Shown here: positions 1 through 11,332 of the stretch, piece by piece
How the letters are laid out: each line of letters starts with the position of its first letter
Numbering within the stretch: the stretch's first letter is position 1
From: Guillardia theta CCMP2712
Taxonomy: Eukaryota > Protista > Cryptophyta
DNA: 64,000 bases
Direction: 5' to 3'
NCBI RefSeq assembly: GCF_000315625.1
Contig: NW_005434624.1
Span: forward strand, 514,477-578,476
Made by a program: the position numbers and the translations under genes
The notes under the pieces: model-generated
The model's input: the letters and a program-made list of their open reading frames with translations, nothing else
The model's database searches: none
Told to the model about the DNA's origin: nothing

Positions 1-599
1 TATCAAAGTTTAACGCCAGTGTGATCATGGCGGCAGATGCTGAGTGATGAGACTGGGAAGTATATTCACGTCGACGAGTTCGATGCCGCAGTCGAGAAAG
101 TACGAGGAACTACAAGAGGACAGTCTTCTGACATGTCACAGGGCGACATGAAGAAGGCATTCAAGAACATTCATGAAGATGCTTTCCAGGTCTGATCGAC
201 AAGGGCAGTCGCCAGTTAGTCAAGGAACTTGCAGCTTGCGATGTGGCTGTCGTTTATAGATGAAACGATTTGCGAACTGAGATCGAGTCAAAATGCATCT
301 GTTGTTGTAACCCTCAAGACATCTAAAAGAAGTTGGCAAACATGAAGTGATCGGCCTCTCTTGTCTGCGGCCTTGGTGGGTCTTGTCGTTCTTCTCCTCT
401 TCCCGTCCGCGTCTTCCTCTCCTTGTGCTGTCCCGCTTTTTCCCTCGACTGCTTCCCTCCCTCTACTTCCGCGCTCTTTCTCGTTCCTCCCTTGCTCTGC
501 TCTTCCCCGTCTCCCTTGTGCTTCTCTTTCTCACTTTTCCCTTTCCCTTCTCCTTTTCCCCACCGACTGGACAGCGGCGTCAGCGACGGAGTCCAGCTT

Positions 600-3500
600 G
601 CGATAGCCTGCGATGCTGAGGGTGTAGAGGAGGATGAACGGGGAGGGGGAGGGAGGGAGGGGAGAGAAACGTCAGCAGAGGTCTCGCAGGAAAGGCTCTC
701 GTCTACTTGCTCGGGGCCTCGGAGGCTTCATCCAGGCAGCTGCCACAGGAAGCTTCCCTGCTCCTGCTCCCTCCCCTTGTCTGCCCTGCGTTGGTCGCTC
801 CCTCCTCCCGAATCGATCCTCCGCCTGCAGTCGTTTGACATATGGGAGGAAGAGCGACAGAAAACCTTGTCGGGCTTGGGAGGGGCGGATCGAGGCCGTG
901 GAGGAGGAGCAGAGCGAGGACGAGGACGAGGACGAGGAAGAGGACGAGGAGCAAACGAGGAAGGGGAACCAGGGCGTACAGGCCCTGCATGCTTCCCCGT
1001 CCTCTTGCTTGTCTTCTTCGCCTCTTCGAGAGGAGCGAAGATAACTCCACTGACACTGAGGCAACGAGGAAGGAGAAGCTTGCGGAGGACAAGCTCGAGA
1101 GCTTCTGATGGGGAGGAGGGGGCAGTGAGAGAGCTTGAGGAGAGGAAGTAGAGGAAAGACAGTTTGAGGAGGAGGAGGAGGAAATGAGGGAGGGAGATTT
1201 TGTCCAGATTCGAAGAGCTCGTCTGCCTCTCCTCTTGTCTTCTCCTTTTCTTCTCCTTCCTTGCATCTTGAAGACGATGAACAAGCGAAAGATACTCTAC
1301 TCTTGTCATATCCCCTTGTCCGCCACTGCTTGTCTGCTGGTAAAGGGGTTGTTACATCGCTCACACAAACAACTTCTGATATCTTCACAAGCGCTCTCAT
1401 TCTGTCATCACAAGAATGTGCATCAACGCTTCAATCATCATATTGAAAAACATTCAGACAACAAAACTCTTTACTATTGCCATCTGTTCATCTTCACAGC
1501 CATCACTTTTCTTATCTCTCCCTCCATCATCCCCAGCATTTGAAAACTTTCATATTCCTTTCTCTGACCTGCATCATCGACTTGACTTCCATCTCCGAGA
1601 AGTACAACTCAAGCAGACTCGCAATGGTCCCACATGGAAGTCTCCCTGCTCGGGAGTTCCAGCCAAGACTGTGACAGAAGAAAAGTCAGCTCGCAATCGC
1701 TTGGCGTGATTGAGTGGGAAACAAGCAATGAGTCGTCAAGGTCCGATGTAGAAGGAAAGGAAGAAAACGGTCACCCTGATTTCAGACACAAGTTTGAGTC
1801 TTTCTCGTCGAAGGCCTTCAAGACGCTGTCGTCTGAAACAACCTCCTGCTGATCACAGTTATCGTATCGTTGACTTGTAGACTAGTGTCGCACTACTCTC
1901 CCACCTCTTCCTCTTCCAGAGCTCTTTCCACAACCTCTGGTTGCGGTGCAAACACGTGCTCTCTTATCTTCTTGTCGTCCAGCCCGCCCCCGCCAGAGGT
2001 AAAGCCGCACTCCCTCGCCATGTCGAGCTGACAGTTGTCATGTCATCTCGCAAGAGTTCCAACGAGCAAGTTACAAAATCTTGCTGGGTGAGGTAGTCTT
2101 TCTCTCTCACAAGCTGGGCGGTTGAGACGATGTCATCGTCGATGATGCGCTTCATGTGCTTGTGCTTGCTGTAGAAGTGAAAGATCTTGAGGTGACGTCA
2201 GCAAGACAGTCGGAGCAACAAGAACTGAGTTGTGGACCTGATATAGCACTTTGAAGTTTCTCGTGAGGACAGCTTGTAGGTAGATCGCCTCCTCAGCCCT
2301 GCTAGGATTCGATTCTTGGCTCCTCTGATCAACAAGAAAACTCTAAGTTATACAGAGCAATGAGATAGCAGCGAAGACATGATGCTTATCCACGACATCG
2401 GCTATGACATTGGAGATCTTGAAATCATTGTTTGATGAGAATTTCACGATAGAAACCTCATCTTCCTGCAGAAGAATCATTTCAATCATGTATGATATTT
2501 CAAGCAGATCACTTCTTCGTAGAATGGTTCATTGACCATGAAATCTTTGTTATTGTCTTCAAACATCACGACAGAGGTCTGTTTCTCTCCGACAGGTGAC
2601 TTTCTTTCGGCAGTCTATTGAAAAAGACATCTCCTGTTACATCTCCATTGATTGCACCTCGATCAAACACCTTCATGTTCTTCTTGCGTGTCGAGGCAAG
2701 TTGCTCCATCATGGACATGTTTGTCTTTCAAAGTAATCAGTGCCAGCAATCACAATCAACTCTACTTGCCAGCAGCTGTTGTTTCTGCTCGTCTGCTTCA
2801 GTCTGCACTTGCCGTTTCACCCTCATCTCCATCTCCTGCACGTCAAAAACTCTTTCAGTCTCGTTCTTCCCCTTCTCTTCATTTCACTTTCCTCGGATAT
2901 CCTTGCTTCCTCCAAGAAGAAGGTCTTGAGCGCTGCCTCCAACCGCCTGACTGCTTTCTCAGCAGTGACCTTCTCCTGCAAACTGCTCTCCAACTTGACG
3001 CAGCTCAGTCATTTCCGGCAACACTGTCAGCGCTGGGTTGCTCTGCGTTACCTCTTGCTTCTTGGCTTCCACAGCTTCGATAAGATGCTTCATATCAGCA
3101 TCATCGAACTTCTCATCTTCTTCAACTTCAAGTTGTCTTGTCTCCTCTTGCACTTCTCTCTCGAGCTCATCAATCTTGTTGCGCCAGGTCACCTCCTGCG
3201 GAACGTAAGTGATCCACAATCACGGTCCATTCACATCGTCAACGCAGGAGAGGTACAAAGTCAACGACGAGACAACGAACTCAACTCCGCAATCTCCAAC
3301 TCGAACGCGTATACCTCATCTGTGAGCTTGTCTCGCAGACGATGGAAATACTCAAGTTGGCATCTTGCTCCCTCGACCTGCTCCTTCATCTCTTCGTTGG
3401 CTTGCTTGTTCATCCTCATCCTCTCGAGATGCTCTTGCAACTTCTCCGTCAACATTTCTCGTCGCTCCCACGCCTCCATCATGTCGCTCCTGACTTGTTG

Positions 3501-5010
3501 CCACTCGTCCTGGGACCTCTAGTCATTGATCAAGGCTGAGCAACATGATGATGATCAGGCAAAGTGTGCAAGGGTGAACAAGCAGGTGGAAGGGATTCGT
3601 CATCAACAACAGTGACCCTGATAGCAACTCACTCTGGCTGTCTTCAAGGTTGCATCTTCCACCTCCCCAATATCATGCTCAACATCCCACTTCGACATCA
3701 TCTCCATCATCTCATCCCTCGTCTCTGCCCTGCTCAGCCTAGGCAACCAAACTTTCCCCCTCTGTCTCTCAGCCCATTCTCCCGTCATCCTGAAGGTCGA
3801 CGCCCTTCGGTTCTTGTTCGGAGATGTCGAGGGCTCATCATCTTTCCCCTTGGCATTCAAATCCTCATCGACCAGTTGGCTGAGGGTGAGAGATCGAACG
3901 AGACCTCTCTCTGCTACAAGATGCTGCTGCTTCTCTACCTTCTCTCTTCGCCAGCCTGTCGCCCTCCTCCGCTCCCCCGCCATCATCTTTTTCCTTACTC
4001 CCTCTCCCCGCAGTTCTTCTGAAGGAGATTGCGGGCGATCGTTCTCTCGAAGAACTTGAGCGATCGTATCGTCTGCACGTCATGGCATCAACAGGTGTGC
4101 AAAAACTTTCTCCTCCTTCTCCTCCTTTCCTCGCTCCCACCTGTGAGAAGGTCAAGAAGAGGTTCAAGCTTCAAGTTTCCCTCGTCATTGCGGTCAACCC
4201 GCTCCATCGCTCTCTCCCATACAGTCATGGCATCCCTCCTACACCAGTGTCAGCCATCGCAAGTCGAAGCCCTCCTCTCGCGTCTCCTCGTCTCCCTCCT
4301 CACTGAAGGCGAAGATCTTGAACTTGAGCTCTGATGACTTGCTTAAAGCTTTTCAAGCTGATGTACAATGCTCCTCCACTGCTCTCCTCACTGCTCTCGG
4401 CCAGCGCCCGGATGAGGCTCTTCTGCTTCAGAGCATGACCATTCGATTGACCCACTGGCGATGCTGCACGATCGGCAATGGGGGTTGCAGACACCCATTC
4501 CCCCGCTACCTCCACCTGCGGGCACCATTACCCAGCAGCTTACACCGCCACCATCACCTTGCAGAGTTGGCCGATAAACTTGGAAGCTGCGGCTCCCCCC
4601 CCATGCCTCAGCTCAACCCCACGAACTACATCGCGATGCGCGATGGACAACTGAGAGAAAGGAATCTCTCCCTCGTTGGGAACCCATCGCTCAAGCCTCT
4701 TCCTCTTGGAGAGAAAGTGCTGGACCCTCAGGTCAAGATCACTGAACGACGAAGACATGTATCCTCGTCAGCTCGGTCGACGTGGAGCTTCGAAGATTCT
4801 CATGTCAGGAAAGAACAATCTCGTGGAACAAGAGCTCACTGTCTCAGGCTGCGGGTGTTTTCGAGTTCAGCACTTGTCTTCCTTCGAGTGCTGCCCCGTT
4901 GCCAGCATAGTCTTCTTCCCTCCAAGACAACCACTGGGCCGTTGTCCCTTCATCACTGACTTCAGATGCCCTTCCAAGGCTTGCAGCGAGCCCCTGGCAT
5001 TTCTAGCAAT
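600..5010 (-). CDS. Large multi-exon hypothetical protein(s), partly coiled-coil; one or more genes, boundaries uncertain
   Basis: Successive minus-strand open segments (3603-3986, 3261-3482, 2959-3219, 1964-2155, ~1200-1400) with E/K/R-rich heptad-like sequence, separated by short intron-like gaps. No recognisable domain. Confidence 0.35.
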
Positions 5011-5074
5011 GAGAGTCAAAACCAGTCAAAACCCTCTTGCTGAGAGTTCAACTGCCGCTCGATTTATCGGAGTC

Positions 5075-5620
5075 ACACCGACGGTGACTGACAGACTCAG
5101 TGATAGCACATTGATCGGACCGCCGTGCAGTGCCTCGGATCAGCCGGGGGCCCCGGGCCCGGTAATCCGAGTCGTGCCGGGCCCGGGGGGGCGACCGTAC
5201 CGTGTACCTTACTTACTCTTTACTCAAACTTCCGTTAAGTTCAACTAGTACGCCGTCGGAAGTACTCGGGCGACGCCGCCGGCCGGCGACGCCGAGCCCC
5301 GCGCCGGCGGCCACCCTGACCCGCACGCCGCAGCCTGAGGACCTTGAGGACAGTGTCAGGGTCAAGCCTCCTCGACTCTCCTGATTGTCCTCGTACTGAT
5401 TTTTAACTTAACTTTGAGTAAAGAGAGCCGAGGGCCGGCCGTGCGGGTCAATTGGCGGCAACTTAACTTTCAACGGAGTAAAGAGGCGGCAACCGTGAAC
5501 GGCTGGGATCACTGAGCCTCAGGCTGGGTCAACGCTGCGCCCGAGTCGCTTTATCCGGGCCTACGATCATAAAGATCTCGTCCTCATGACGAGTCAGACC
5601 GTCATGAGTCCGAGACTCGA
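5075..5620. other. GC-rich, palindrome-dense intergenic island
   Basis: CCCGGG/GGGCCC/GAGTC/CAGTG-rich non-coding tract holding three copies of the dispersed TTAACTTTGAGTAAA element. Confidence 0.6.
5216..5483. repeat. Three copies of the dispersed ~55-nt element (5216-5252 minus, degenerate; 5360-5422 plus; 5460-5483 plus, degenerate)
   Basis: CTCCTGATTGTCCTCGTACTGATTTTTAACTTAACTTTGAGTAAA at 5378-5422; the two flanking copies each carry a 5-6 nt insertion. Confidence 0.75.
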
Positions 5621-5900
5621 GAGTTTCATCATGCTTCAAGTTCGTCTCTTGGTTTCATGTGATATGGCCAAGTTCATCATTATGTCGTAGAGCTCTACAC
5701 CATTCTTCCGTGGATCACAATCATCATCATCATCTCTATCTCTTCTGAGAGCGGCTGAATCATCACCAGAGTCCCTAGACACGTGAGCTGGTGTGAATGT
5801 AAGCACCCTTTCTTTACATAAAGATCATAGACAACTATTTTTCGAGATCACTCACCAACGGAGCGATTTCTGATAGTACTACAATGATTCAGCAATACTT

Positions 5901-6317
5901 CTATATCTTGCTGGTCACTAGACAGAGGTCGACTGGCTGAGCATTCGAGAAAAATATAACGGGATCCATATCAGTGGCATCCATGTACCACTCCAGCCAT
6001 GCCGTATCCCAGCAGACGGGAACTGGTGCTTCTCCTCTCCTCTGGCCATCAGTGCGCAATTCCTCCTTGTCCTTGTACTCGCGTTGTCTTGTCTGGGAGC
6101 TCGTGCCCTTGGTGTACGGCCAGCGCTGGATCCCGAGCCTCCGGCACGCAGCCTTGAAGCTCGTCAGGCACACCCCGAGCTGCTCGGCTGCCTCCTCTTG
6201 CCGGACGTGGAAGAGGCCCTGCAGAAGCTGAGCGTCGAGGGTGACCTCTCGCTGGAGGGTTGCTGGGGAGGTGTGTTTTCTTGGGCGGGGGACGATCTTG
6301 ACCTCATCGAGCTGCAT
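5901..6317 (-). CDS. RWP-RK domain transcription factor, copy 1 (138 aa, intronless)
   Basis: LQGLFHVRQEEAAEQLGVCLTSFKAACRRLGIQRWPY matches the RWP-RK domain; C-terminal WLEWYMDATDMDPV. Confidence 0.9.
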   Translation of the reverse strand: MQLDEVKIVPRPRKHTSPATLQREVTLDAQLLQGLFHVRQEEAAEQLGVCLTSFKAACRRLGIQRWPYTKGTSSQTRQREYKDKEELRTDGQRRGEAPVPVCWDTAWLEWYMDATDMDPVIFFSNAQPVDLCLVTSKI

Positions 6318-6990
6318 GTTGTATGCTGCAAGTGGATTGGGGTAGGAAGGGCAGAGATTGATTATCGGATGAAACAGGAAGTGAGGAATTCAAGGGAGGT
6401 GGGGGGCAGTTGTAGGGGGAAGAGCGGGGGAGCTCTCTGGAAAGAAGGGGAGCAAAACTGGAGGACTGTTTTGACGGTGTGTTATCAGCGAAAAGAAATA
6501 AAGAGCCTTTTATGAAGCGTTGAGAGTAGAGCATTTTCAGCCTTACAGGGCACGTCGCATCGGGTCATCAGTCATCAGAGTCGTCAGATCCGGGACGGGC
6601 CCAGTCGCAACTTTCCAAGTTCCGATTCACTGCACTGAGATCGCCGTGCGGCAGCGGAACTCAGATAGAACAGTGGTCCAATAAGGGTAAGAACCAGGGC
6701 TCGGACATTCCAAACATTCCAATCAAAGCTTGAAAGTCAGCGAGGCAGCTCTCATGCGCGGCATGCTTGGTTGGATCCTAGTAGCATCGGATTTCGTGTT
6801 ACAACAAATTTCAACATGTATGAGATTTAAAGAAGATACAACGAGCTGCGGATGCGGCAAAACTCTTAAGTCTACCAAAAGTTCTTAGGTTCCGGGAGCT
6901 CGTGAACAACTTGCCAGTTGCCTCGGAATCAGTGGCATCAAGGTAGTTGAATCGGCCGCAGAAGCACACCTGGCATACCCGAGTCTTTTT

Positions 6991-7641
6991 TTACATCAAG
7001 TAATCATACATGTCATTTCTAGCTTTGTGTAAAGGTGTCTGCAAGTAAGCATCATTGATGGCAAAGTTCCAAACCACTGGATCTGAGTCCGTCGCTTCCA
7101 TGTACCAAGCCAGCCACGCCGTGTCCCCGTGCCCCAGTACCGCCTCATCCTCCCTCCATCCCTCACCTCCTCCCTCTCTCACAGCAGCTTCTGGCAAGCT
7201 CTCCGCGTCTGCATGGTCATGTTCTCCGTGTCGTGGTGCTGAGACCTGGCCGAGCAACCAACCTGGTGTCCCTGCGCCTGAGCTCGATCTGTTGGCGTGA
7301 GACCAGTAGGCGCTGCTGTCTGCGAGTGGATCCGACGAGGCTGATGAAGGCGATGGCGATGATGCTGACTCTGAGCCTGTCTGAGACTCGCGGGATGGTA
7401 CGCCGGGTCTGCCGTTGCGCTGACTCATGCCCTTGGTGTACGGCCAGCGCTGGATCCCGAGCCTCCGGCACGCAGCCTTGAAGCTCGTCAGGCACACCCC
7501 GAGCTGCTCGGCTGCCTCCTCTTGCCGGACGTGGAAGAGGCCCTGCAGAAGCTGAGCGTCGAGGGTGACCTCTCGCTGGAGGGTTGCTGGGGAGGTGTGT
7601 TTTCTTGGGCGGGGGACGATCTTGACCTCATCGAGCTGCAT
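6991..7641 (-). CDS. RWP-RK domain transcription factor, copy 2 (intronless)
   Basis: Same RWP-RK domain as copy 1. Start placed at ATG 7641 (MQLDEV) by comparison with copies 1 and 3. C-terminal WLAWYMEATDSDPV. Confidence 0.9.
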   Translation of the reverse strand: MQLDEVKIVPRPRKHTSPATLQREVTLDAQLLQGLFHVRQEEAAEQLGVCLTSFKAACRRLGIQRWPYTKGMSQRNGRPGVPSRESQTGSESASSPSPSSASSDPLADSSAYWSHANRSSSGAGTPGWLLGQVSAPRHGEHDHADAESLPEAAVREGGGEGWREDEAVLGHGDTAWLAWYMEATDSDPVVWNFAINDAYLQTPLHKARNDMYDYLM

Positions 7642-8123
7642 GTTGAAGTTGGATAACGAGCGGAGTGGTGAGCAGTAGAAAATCAGTTGTAGTGATAGGG
7701 AATGCAGAAGCAAATCTTGAAGAGAGGTTGGAGAGAGACGTGGGTCTGCCGCGTGGAAGCAGGAACTTGGCAGCGCGGGATGAGCTTTCGATGGAGAAGT
7801 GCGGAAGAATTGGATTTTGGGTGTAGGGGAAAGTGAAACGTTTCAGTTTTGGCGGTCCGGATGCCACGAGGAGACGACAAGATGCAGAGCACAGTTTTTT
7901 GAGTACCCCTTCTTTTCTATGTAAATCAAGGGGTCATCAAGCGGTACGACATGTCAACCGGTAAGCTGACTTTTACTATTGGTAGATTTTCAGAATTGGA
8001 TGTAGTAAAACCCTCTTGCTTACAGTCATCTTGGCCGTGACGTCAATCTAGAGAATTCTGCAATGGAAGGTCATCACGGACTCCAGGATAGCGCCATGAG
8101 CTCGGATATGGGCCAGCAAACAC

Positions 8124-9080
8124 TTTACTCAAAGTTAAGTTAAAAATCAGTACGAGGCTAATCAGGAGATTGGCCATACGGCAAACCTTATCCGGCGCAT
8201 TGCTGTCCTCCAAACTTAACTGATACCTTCACTTAACTGCGCGCAGGCGCCATGCCAGGGATGTCGCCGTGGCCGCCGCCGAAGGAATGAGACGCATACC
8301 GGAACGCACCCGCGATGATGGCAGCGAAGGACAGGGAGGCCTTGAGCTGACGAAAGCTCCTGGACCGGATGCGTTTGCAAGTCGGATCACCTGAGACATC
8401 TTGCGAGGCCGAGAGACCATCCAGCGCTGCCGTTTCCTTGTTCACCGAGCGATCCGCCAGCCACCACAGAAAGAGCAACGCATCATCCTGCAAGAATCCA
8501 TCAGTGCTGGCGATGATGGGAAGGAAGGCCTTTGGCGGGACTTGCTGAGCATATGCATTACGATGCCCTCGGATCTTCCACTGTGCTGCTGCTTGCAGTT
8601 TTCTCCGAGCCTGGTCGGGGATCCCATCATTGTCAAAAACATGTGACATGCTGAAGTCCAGGATTAAGCCATACCATTGGACTCCAGTAGCCTGCAATTG
8701 CAGAAGTTCAAAATCCCCTGCGTGATGATCTTCAAGGCCATGTTGGGAAACGTTCTGCCTGGTGCCGGGAACGCATTGCACGTGGACGCGGCATCTAAAT
8801 CCTGAATCTTTGATGAGGGTACTGAGGACGGCATTGCATTTCTCATGCGCATCAGTGAATAACGGGCTGCGGTGCCTGCAGGTTGCCATGTGTGTGGTCC
8901 CCCCAGGGTGACAGAGAAGATCGTGGCATTTATCGCAGTGCGGCGAGAAGTCAATCGGCAGTCCATGAAGAAATTTGTCAGCGGCAGCCACCAAGCTGAT
9001 GGCCATAGTCAGTCACTTATCGGATTCCCGCGTATGCCACCGTTGGGTTTGGCATTCAGTGCAGCCCTGCCCGGCGGGTT
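8124..9080 (-). mobile_element. 5'-truncated non-LTR retrotransposon remnant with restriction-like endonuclease (CRE/R2-type) C-terminus and 3' UTR
   Basis: ORF 8233-9006 has a C-x2-C...H-x3-C knuckle (CDKC...HMATC), AHE at the RH[DN] position, GD...ILDFSMSH, QWKIRGH and FLPIIASTDG, in the order of RLE-clade elements. A GRAALNAKP segment upstream is out of frame. No RT domain remains. Confidence 0.7.
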
Positions 9081-9346
9081 GTGCGGAGGTTGGTTCTCTG
9101 ACTGTGCAACACTGCAGACAATGATCAAATAGTCGAAAGAACCTCGTCAACCCCAGAGTAAAAATCACCCGGGTCAGTGAGCTTCGGAAATCAACTAGTC
9201 CCGTGGAATGCATTCATCCGAGTTTCACCGTCACGGGGAGGCATCATTACAAAGCATTACTCGCCACATTCATTCAATCTGAACCGAGTCACAACCAATT
9301 ACTGCACAAAAGTAGATTCCTCTTTACCCCTAAAACAACGTGATAC

Positions 9347-10018
9347 TTATTTTGATGAAAACGCTCCATAAACACAAACACATCGGTGCTCCATTGGACC
9401 GCGAAAATAACATGAACGAAGTGGATCTTCAAGAATCGGGCCTTCGAATATAACTGGATCTGAGTCCGTCGCTTCCATGTACCAAGCCAGCCACGCCGTG
9501 TCCCCGTGCCCCAGTACCGCCTCATCCTCCCTCCATCCCTCACCTCCTCCCTCTCTCACAGCAGCTTCTGGCAAGCTCTCCGCGTCTGCATGGTCATGTT
9601 CTCCGTGTCGTGGTGCTGAGACCTGGCCGAGCAACCAACCTGGTGTCCCTGCGCCTGAGCTCGATCTGTTGGCGTGAGACCAGTAGGCGCTGCTGTCTGC
9701 GAGTGGATCCGACGAGGCTGATGAAGGCGATGGCGATGATGCTGACTCTGAGCCTGTCTGAGACTCGCGGGATGGTACGCCGGGTCTGCCGTTGCGCTGA
9801 CTCATGCCCTTGGTGTACGGCCAGCGCTGGATCCCGAGCCTCCGGCACGCAGCCTTGAAGCTCGTCAGGCACACCCCGAGCTGCTCGGCTGCCTCCTCTT
9901 GCCGGACGTGGAAGAGGCCCTGCAGAAGCTGAGCGTCGAGGGTGACCTCTCGCTGGAGGGTTGCTGGGGAGGTGTGTTTTCTTGGGCGGGGGACGATCTT
10001 GACCTCATCGAGCTGCAT
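9347..10018 (-). CDS. RWP-RK domain transcription factor, copy 3 (223 aa, intronless)
   Basis: Identical to copy 2 from the start codon to ...DSDPV, then a different tail. Confidence 0.9.
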   Translation of the reverse strand: MQLDEVKIVPRPRKHTSPATLQREVTLDAQLLQGLFHVRQEEAAEQLGVCLTSFKAACRRLGIQRWPYTKGMSQRNGRPGVPSRESQTGSESASSPSPSSASSDPLADSSAYWSHANRSSSGAGTPGWLLGQVSAPRHGEHDHADAESLPEAAVREGGGEGWREDEAVLGHGDTAWLAWYMEATDSDPVIFEGPILEDPLRSCYFRGPMEHRCVCVYGAFSSK

Positions 10019-10389
10019 GTTGTTATCTGTGGATGTACGTGATGCGTTCTGTCTGTGAGATTGGATGTAGGATTGGTTAAGTCGAATCAGGGGAAAGATA
10101 TTGGGGAAACAATCAATCGATGAAGTGGGGAAAGAGGAAAGAATGGGACCTTAACATAGGGGGCTGATAACAAGGGAAGGAAAAACCGCATCGTTCCAGA
10201 AAAATACTTTTGGTCCGGATGCCACTCTGACTCAGCAGATAGACAGGTCCCACTCACCCACCTAACTCAGTACCAGCTGTGCAACGAGAAATAGGTGGGT
10301 AGTCCAAGGGCCGACGGAATTGAGGGGTATTTTACCACAGGGTGGAAGACCTTTACTCCTGGCATCCAGAGCTTTCTCTGACTGGGTAA

Positions 10390-11105
10390 CTTACAGTAAC
10401 TTACCTCCGGTGATACCGTGACGTTCAATCAGTGCCAGATTCCGCTGTGCGCGCCCGGCCAGGCTAGCCTCGGAGCGCGGTGGCGCTCTGACGGCCGAAG
10501 TTTACTCAAAGTTAAGTTAAAGATCTCAGTTCGAGAACAAGCCTCAGTGTCAGTGAATCCGAGGCCGGCGAGTCGGAGACTCTCAGCCTGGCCCGGTGAG
10601 TCGACTACCGTGAGTCCGGCGGCGGCGAGGCCCTGAGGCTCCGGGGCGGCCTGGGAGGCTTGACCCGGGGCAGCCTGCTCTGTCGCACAGCCTGCCACTG
10701 CCACTGCTGCCGCCGGCGGCCCCCGGGCCCACTGCCAGCGCTGGACCGTACGGTACCCCGTTTGAAAATTCCCGGAGTCCGGCGCCGCGGGCCGGGCCCC
10801 GCGCGGCACCACTGGCATCACCCGCCGGGCCCGGGCGCCGCCCGCGGCCCGGCCGGCCGCCGGGCAGCGCGCCGCCGCACTGAGTGCCGCACGCGGCGCT
10901 GGCGCCAGTGCGGCATGTGATGTACGGTGCAACTGAGTGACCCGGCGCCGCGGCGCCGCGCGCCACCAACTGAGGCCCGAGACGCACTCAGCGGCCGCTG
11001 ATACCAGAATCGCGGCCCCGGGGCGAGCGGCTGAGTGCTGAGCCGCCGCCGCGGCCGGCGGCCGGGTAGATGATGCCCCCGGGCCCTGCCGATGCCCGGC
11101 CCGGC
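10390..11105. other. GC-rich intergenic island with dispersed-element copy at 10501-10540 (minus)
   Basis: TTTACTCAAAGTTAAGTTAAAGATCTCAGTTCGAGAACAA inside a CCGGGCCCGG-rich tract. Confidence 0.65.
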
Positions 11106-11332
11106 TAAGAGTGGGGATGATGTCCCAATAATCGGCATGGTCGGATTGAAGTGAACGAGCGGGCGAGGGGTAAGAGCGTGTGCTGGAGATGCTGAAGGCT
11201 GAGGAGGAGGATCATGGGTGAGTGCGTTGATACTCTTGACCTTGTCTATCCAGCACGAAGTGAGTACAAGTAAGCAAGAACTGTCGAAATCCAATCATGC
11301 ATGAGAGATTGGCAGGTGATAGGAAGCGCACC

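Noticed and set aside
1-194. Probable 3' end of a plus-strand gene (...KKAFKNIHEDAFQV-stop)
   Set aside because: Too short a fragment to support a call.
5378-5422. Dispersed motif as a spliced-leader or snRNA gene
   Set aside because: No conserved sequence follows the putative GTAAA donor, there is no downstream Sm site or consistent hairpin, and copies are variably truncated. Kept only as an alternative hypothesis.
5901-10018. RWP-RK cluster as a MID-like mating-type locus
   Set aside because: Only the shared domain supports it; no other sex-locus genes or orthology evidence are visible.
10418-11294. Overlapping Arg/Pro/Gly/Ala-rich ORFs in GC islands (also 18959-19468, 27784-28293, 43466-43845)
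   Set aside because: They arise from stop-codon depletion in very GC-rich DNA; no domains or coding pattern.
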